11,726 bases of DNA from a virus. Location: the UHGV virus genome UHGV-1586087. One strand, 5' to 3'. The translations under genes were made by a program, and so were the position numbers. Positions 7,534-11,726 of this stretch are shown here, in pieces. Positions within the stretch are counted from its first letter, which is position 1, and every line of letters begins with the position of its first letter. The notes beneath the pieces were generated by a model. The model saw only the letters and a program-made list of their open reading frames with translations. It had not been told where the DNA came from and searched no databases.

Positions 7534-7678
7534 CCCGCAGACGAACGGCGATTTAAGTGCCGATATCCGGCAGCTTGAAAACGCGCTGGCACGCTGTGCC
7601 AGCCAGGTAAAAATGATTAAACACTGTCAGGACGAAAACGATGCTCAAACCCGACAGCCTGCGCAGGGCGCTGACTGA
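7388..7678 (+). CDS. lysC: Rz1-like outer-membrane lipoprotein spanin (o-spanin) LysC, in the +1 frame overlapping the lysB 3' end and the R 5' end
   Basis: ATG at 7388 with GAGG 7 nt upstream gives 96 aa (MKTKIFAAGTALTCLMLCAGCTS...), with a lipoprotein-type signal, Cys-containing lipobox-like LCAGC and a Pro-rich mature part. The track ORF (7271-7678) is the same frame with a spurious upstream extension. Confidence 0.8.
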   Translation: MKTKIFAAGTALTCLMLCAGCTSVRPAPTPVIVHNACPKVSLCPMPGSDPQTNGDLSADIRQLENALARCASQVKMIKHCQDENDAQTRQPAQGAD

Positions 7679-8108
7679 TGCCGTCACGGTGCTGAAAACC
7701 AGTCCAGAGATGCTTCGGATATTCGTGGATAACGGGAGTATTGCCTCCACGCTGGCGACGTCGCTGTCGTTCGAAAAGCGTTACACGCTCAATGTGATTG
7801 TGACCGACTTTACCGGTGATTTTGACCTGCTCATCGTGCCGGTGCTGGCGTGGCTGCGGGAAAATCAGCCCGACATCATGACCACCGACGAAGGCCAGAA
7901 AAAGGGCTTCACGTTTTATGCAGACATCAACAATGACAGCAGCTTTGATATCAGCATCAGTCTGATGCTGACCGAGCGCACGCTGGTCAGCGAGGTTGAT
8001 GGTGCGCTGCATGTGAAGAATATCCCGGAACCCCCGCCGCCGGAGCCGGTCACCCGCCCGGTGGAGCTTTATATCAATGGCGAACTGGTGAGCAAGTGGG
8101 ATGAATGA
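7641..8108 (+). CDS. R: Tail completion protein R
   Basis: 155 aa; ATG at 7641 lies inside the lysC 3' end. Recognised as P2 gpR. Confidence 0.88.
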   Translation: MLKPDSLRRALTDAVTVLKTSPEMLRIFVDNGSIASTLATSLSFEKRYTLNVIVTDFTGDFDLLIVPVLAWLRENQPDIMTTDEGQKKGFTFYADINNDSSFDISISLMLTERTLVSEVDGALHVKNIPEPPPPEPVTRPVELYINGELVSKWDE

Positions 8109-8553
8109 GTTTAAGCGTTTTGAAGACCGGCTGACCGGACTGATTGAATCGCTGTCACCGTCAGGGCGTCGGCGACTGAGTGCCGAACTGGCGAAACGTC
8201 TGCGTCAGAGTCAGCAGCGTCGGGTGATGGCACAGAAAGCCCCGGACGGCACACCCTACGCGCCACGTCAGCAGCAGAGCGCCAGAAAAAAGACCGGTCG
8301 CGTTAAGCGAAAAATGTTTGCGAAACTTATCACCAGTCGTTTTTTGCATATCCGCGCCAGCCCTGAACAGGCATCAATGGAGTTTTACGGCGGAAAGTCA
8401 CCGAAAATCGCCAGTGTGCATCAGTTTGGTCTGTCGGAAGAAAACCGGAAGGACGGTAAGAAAATTGATTATCCGGCGCGTCCTCTGCTCGGCTTTACCG
8501 GTGAGGATGTGCAGATGATTGAAGAGATTATCCTGGCTCACCTCGACCGTTAG
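8101..8553 (+). CDS. S: Tail completion protein S
   Basis: 150 aa; start overlaps the R stop (ATGAATGA at 8101-8108). Recognised as P2 gpS. Confidence 0.88.
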   Translation: MNEFKRFEDRLTGLIESLSPSGRRRLSAELAKRLRQSQQRRVMAQKAPDGTPYAPRQQQSARKKTGRVKRKMFAKLITSRFLHIRASPEQASMEFYGGKSPKIASVHQFGLSEENRKDGKKIDYPARPLLGFTGEDVQMIEEIILAHLDR

Positions 8554-8584
8554 TTGTGCCATTCCCGACACCTCATCGTCACAT

Positions 8585-8608
8585 TGCCGCCGGTATGACC
8601 CGGCGGCA
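8585..8608 (+). terminator. GC-rich hairpin in the S-V spacer (stem GCCGCCGG / CCGGCGGC, 6-nt loop); candidate terminator or attenuator for the O-to-S operon, possibly overlapping the V late promoter
   Basis: Perfect 8-bp inverted repeat (8586-8593 and 8600-8607), extended by a T-A pair at 8585/8608. The downstream sequence is only weakly T-rich (catccttcccgtt), so intrinsic-terminator status is uncertain. Confidence 0.35.
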
Positions 8609-8619
8609 TCCTTCCCGTT

Positions 8620-9255
8620 ATGAACACTCTCGCAAATATTCAGGAACTCGCGCGCGCACTGCGCAACATGATCCGCACCGGCATTATCGTCGAAACCGAC
8701 CTTAACGCCGGTCGCTGCCGTGTGCAGACCGGCGGCATGTGCACCGACTGGCTTCAGTGGCTGACCCATCGCGCCGGACGTTCGCGCACATGGTGGGCAC
8801 CTTCCGTGGGGGAACAGGTGCTGATTCTGGCCGTGGGCGGTGAACTCGACACGGCGTTCGTTCTGCCGGGGATTTATTCCGGCGATAACCCCGCGCCGTC
8901 TGCGTCGGCGGATGCCCTGCATATCCGTTTCCCTGACGGGGCGGTGATTGAATATGAACCCGAAACCAGTGCACTCACGGTAAGCGGAATTAAAACAGCC
9001 AGCGTGACGGCTTCTGATTCTGTTACTGCCACGGTGCCGGTGGTCATGGTGAAAGCATCAACCCGCGTCACCCTGGACACACCGGAGGTGGTCTGCACCA
9101 ACAGGCTGATTACCGGCACGCTGGAAGTGCAGAAGGGCGGGACGATGCGCGGCAACATTGAACACACCGGCGGTGAACTCTCATCAAACGGTAAGGTACT
9201 GCATACCCATAAACACCCCGGCGACAGCGGCGGCACAACCGGGAGTCCTTTATGA
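8620..9255 (+). CDS. V: Baseplate central spike protein V
   Basis: 211 aa, recognised as P2 gpV. The C-terminal His-rich tip HTHKHPGDSGG is consistent with the metal-binding spike apex described for P2 gpV. Confidence 0.9.
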   Translation: MNTLANIQELARALRNMIRTGIIVETDLNAGRCRVQTGGMCTDWLQWLTHRAGRSRTWWAPSVGEQVLILAVGGELDTAFVLPGIYSGDNPAPSASADALHIRFPDGAVIEYEPETSALTVSGIKTASVTASDSVTATVPVVMVKASTRVTLDTPEVVCTNRLITGTLEVQKGGTMRGNIEHTGGELSSNGKVLHTHKHPGDSGGTTGSPL

Positions 9256-9599
9256 CAGCGCGTTATCTCGGAATGAATCGCAGTGATGGCCTGACTGTCA
9301 CTGACCTTGAGCATATCAGCCAGAGTATCGGCGATATCCTGCGCACACCGGTCGGCTCACGGGTGATGCGTCGTGATTACGGCTCGTTGCTGGCGTCAAT
9401 GATTGACCAGCCGCAGACCCCGGCGCTTGAGTTGCAGATTAAGGTCGCCTGTTACATGGCCGTGCTGAAATGGGAACCCCGCGTCACCCTGTCATCCGTC
9501 ACCACGGCGCGCAGTTTTGACGGGCGAATGACGGTCACGTTAACCGGCCAGCACAACGACACCGGCCAGCCACTTTCGTTAACCATCCCTGTGAGTTGA
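9252..9599 (+). CDS. W: Baseplate wedge protein W (T4 gp25-like)
   Basis: 115 aa; ATGA overlap with the V stop (9252-9255); GGGAG 6 nt upstream. Recognised as P2 gpW. Confidence 0.9.
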   Translation: MTARYLGMNRSDGLTVTDLEHISQSIGDILRTPVGSRVMRRDYGSLLASMIDQPQTPALELQIKVACYMAVLKWEPRVTLSSVTTARSFDGRMTVTLTGQHNDTGQPLSLTIPVS

Positions 9600-9603
9600 A
9601 ACC

Positions 9604-10512
9604 ATGCCGATTATCGACCTGAACCAGCTACCCGCACCGGATGTGGTCGAGGAGCTGGACTTTGAAACCATTCTTGCCGAACGCAAGGCGACACTGATTT
9701 CCCTTTACCCGGAAGACCAGCAGGAGGCGGTCGCCCGTACCCTGACGCTGGAATCTGAGCCTCTCGTCAAACTGCTGGAGGAAAATGCTTATCGTGAGCT
9801 TATCTGGCGTCAGCGTGTGAATGAGGCTGCACGGGCGGTGATGCTGGCCTGTGCCGCCGGTAATGACCTTGATGTGATTGGTGCCAATTACAACACCACA
9901 CGCCTGATTATCACCCCGGCAGATGATTCGACCCTCCCGCCGACACCGGCCGTGATGGAATCTGACACCGATTATCGTCTGCGTATTCAGCAGGCGTTTG
10001 AAGGTTTAAGCGTCGCCGGGTCGGTGGGGGCCTATCAGTATCATGGTCGAAGTGCCGACGGGCGTGTCGCAGATATCTCTGTCACCAGTCCTTCTCCGGC
10101 CTGCGTCACCATCTCTGTGCTGTCACGTGAAAATAACGGTGTGGCATCCGAAGACCTGCTGGCGGTGGTGCGCAACGCCCTTAATGGTGAGGACGTGAGA
10201 CCGGTGGCCGACCGTGTGACCGTGCAGTCTGCCGTCATCGTTGAATACCAGATAAATGCCACGCTTTACCTTTACCCTGGCCCCGAAAGCGAACCCATTC
10301 GCGCTGCCGCCGTGAAAAAACTGGAAGCGTATATCACGGCACAGCACCGGCTGGGGCGCGACATCCGACTGTCTGCCATTTATGCCGCTTTGCATGTGGA
10401 AGGCGTGCAGCGTGTCGAACTGGCTGCACCGCTGGCCGACATCGTGCTCAACAATACGCAGGCGTCTTTCTGTACCGAATACAGCGTCGTGACCGGAGGC
10501 TCGGATGAGTGA
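9604..10512 (+). CDS. J: Baseplate assembly protein J (T4 gp6-like wedge)
   Basis: 302 aa, recognised as P2 gpJ; starts 4 nt after the W stop. Confidence 0.9.
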   Translation: MPIIDLNQLPAPDVVEELDFETILAERKATLISLYPEDQQEAVARTLTLESEPLVKLLEENAYRELIWRQRVNEAARAVMLACAAGNDLDVIGANYNTTRLIITPADDSTLPPTPAVMESDTDYRLRIQQAFEGLSVAGSVGAYQYHGRSADGRVADISVTSPSPACVTISVLSRENNGVASEDLLAVVRNALNGEDVRPVADRVTVQSAVIVEYQINATLYLYPGPESEPIRAAAVKKLEAYITAQHRLGRDIRLSAIYAALHVEGVQRVELAAPLADIVLNNTQASFCTEYSVVTGGSDE

Positions 10513-11116
10513 TTCGCGACTGCTGCCGACCGGCTCATCACCGCTTGAAGTCGCTGCCGCAAAAGCCTGTGCGGAAATTGAAAAAACGCCGGTCAGTATT
10601 CGTGAGCTGTGGAACCCGGACACCTGCCCGGCAAATCTGCTGCCGTGGCTGGCGTGGTCATTTTCGGTTGACCGCTGGGATGATAAGTGGCCGGAAGCGA
10701 CAAAACGCGCTGTTATCCGCGATGCGTATTTCATTCACTGCCATAAGGGCACTATAGGCGCAATCCGGCGTGTGGTGGAGCCGCTCGGCTATCTGATTGA
10801 GGTGAGGGAGTGGTGGCAGCTCAACGAGGAGCCGGGGACGTTCCGCATCGTTGTTGGCGTGCTTGAGCAGGGTATTACCGAGGAAATGTATCAGGAGCTG
10901 GAGCGCCTCGTTGCTGATGCAAAACCGGCAAGCCGCCATCTGACGGGACTGGCTATCAGTTTAAGTACAACCGGCAACATTTTTGCCGGTGCGGGATGCT
11001 ATCACGGTGACGCCCTGACGGTTTATCCCTACACCCCGGAGGCCATTATTGTCGGAGGGGATTATTTCCCGGCCTCGGCCATTCATTTAATTGATAACCT
11101 GAGAGTAAACGCATGA
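10505..11116 (+). CDS. I: Baseplate / tail-fibre attachment protein I
   Basis: 203 aa; ATG at 10505 overlaps the J 3' end by 8 nt. The N-terminal two thirds are recognised as P2 gpI-like. I recall P2 gpI as somewhat shorter, so the C-terminus may differ; this is unverified. Confidence 0.82.
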   Translation: MSDSRLLPTGSSPLEVAAAKACAEIEKTPVSIRELWNPDTCPANLLPWLAWSFSVDRWDDKWPEATKRAVIRDAYFIHCHKGTIGAIRRVVEPLGYLIEVREWWQLNEEPGTFRIVVGVLEQGITEEMYQELERLVADAKPASRHLTGLAISLSTTGNIFAGAGCYHGDALTVYPYTPEAIIVGGDYFPASAIHLIDNLRVNA

Positions 11117-11678
11117 CAGTGAAATACTACGCCATTCTGACTAATCAGGGCGCAGCACGGCTGGCTAACGCGACGATGCTCGGCAGTAAGCTGAATCTGA
11201 CGCAAATGGCCGTTGGTGATGCGAATGGTGTCTTGCCGACACCAGACCCGGCACAGACAAAACTGATTAACCAGAAACGCATCGCGCCGCTGAATCTTCT
11301 GAGTGTTGACCCGAACAACCAGAGCCAGATTATTGCGGAGCAAATCATCCCTGAGAACGAGGGCGGATTCTGGATCCGTGAGATTGGGCTTTATGATGAT
11401 GAAGGCGTACTCATTGCGGTGGCGAACTGCCCGGAAACGTACAAACCGCAGTTGCAGGAAGGCAGTGGTCGTACCCAGACTATCCGCATGATTCTGGTTG
11501 TCACGAATACCGAAGCTATTACGCTGAAAATCGACCCGTCGGTGGTACTGGCGACCCGTAAATACGTGGATGATGAAGTCCTGGAATTAAGGCTGTATGT
11601 GGATGATCAGATGAGAAACCACATTGCCGCACAGGATCCTCATACCCAGTATGCACAGAAACATAATCCGACATTTAC
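11113..11678 (+). CDS. H: Tail fibre protein, N-terminal 188 codons only; 3'-partial, open to the insert end
   Basis: ATG at 11113 overlaps the I stop (ATGA). My own translation gives MTVKYYAILTNQGAARLANATMLGSKLNLTQMAVGDANGVLP...EGGFWIREIGLYDDEGVLIAVAN...GSGRTQTIRMILVV... with no stop before the adapter. Conserved phage tail-fibre N-terminal motifs are present (MAVGD, GGFW.RE.GLYDD.G.LIAVAN, EGSGR.QT.RM). It is absent from the ORF track because no stop is reached. Confidence 0.85.
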
Positions 11679-11726
11679 CTGTCTCTTATACACATCTCCG
11701 AGCCCACGAGACTCGACGTCATCTCG
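11679..11726. other. Synthetic Illumina Nextera adapter: Tn5 mosaic end CTGTCTCTTATACACATCT (11679-11697), CCGAGCCCACGAGAC (11698-11712), 8-nt index-like TCGACGTC (11713-11720), start of P7 ATCTCG (11721-11726). Not biological.
   Basis: Exact match, read directly, to the reverse-complement Nextera read-2 adapter layout as I know it. Confidence 0.95.

Noticed and set aside
8398-8922. 174-aa minus-strand ORF spanning the S-V gap antisense
   Set aside because: Overlaps the 3' end of S and the 5' end of V on the opposite strand; it would require the S-V control region to be coding on the wrong strand; Arg-rich, with no ribosome-binding site.
10123-10734. 203-aa minus-strand ORF antisense to J and I
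   Set aside because: Shadow ORF within two tightly coupled baseplate genes; no supporting signals.
45-11678. Search for tRNA genes, CRISPR arrays, an integrase/attachment site, or toxin-antitoxin/defence cassettes
   Set aside because: No cloverleaf-like conserved tRNA features, no regularly spaced direct repeats, and no unassigned coding space were seen; the window holds only structural and lysis genes. P2 accessory loci (old, tin, Z/fun) lie outside this region.
26-11697. Inverted 19-bp Tn5 mosaic ends at both termini interpreted as a Tn5-type transposon carrying the phage genes
   Set aside because: The mosaic ends are immediately flanked by Illumina P5/P7 and index sequences, no transposase gene lies between them, and no target-site duplication is visible. 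This is library chemistry, not a mobile element.

Overview
This window is a Nextera sequencing-library molecule or untrimmed contig. Bases 1-44 and 11679-11726 are synthetic Illumina/Tn5 adapter sequence; the biological insert is 45-11678. The insert is the late (morphogenesis plus lysis) region of a P2-like temperate myophage (Peduovirus) of Enterobacteriaceae, in canonical P2 order: Q' (portal, truncated) and P (large terminase) on the minus strand, then a divergent late-promoter region, then O-N-M-L-X-Y-K-lysA-lysB-lysC-R-S-V-W-J-I-H' on the plus strand, with H (tail fibre) truncated at the insert end. Gene calls rest on my recognising the P2 proteins in the supplied translations, on P2 synteny, and on start codons, Shine-Dalgarno spacing and stop/start overlaps read from the sequence; no database search was run. 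Every part of the insert is accounted for by this cluster, so I do not see a novel inserted system. The points worth a second look are the adapter contamination, the apparently mosaic tail-fibre end (I C-terminus and H N-terminus), the lysB/lysC/R triple overlap, and structured non-coding segments (P-O promoter region, M-L spacer, S-V hairpin).
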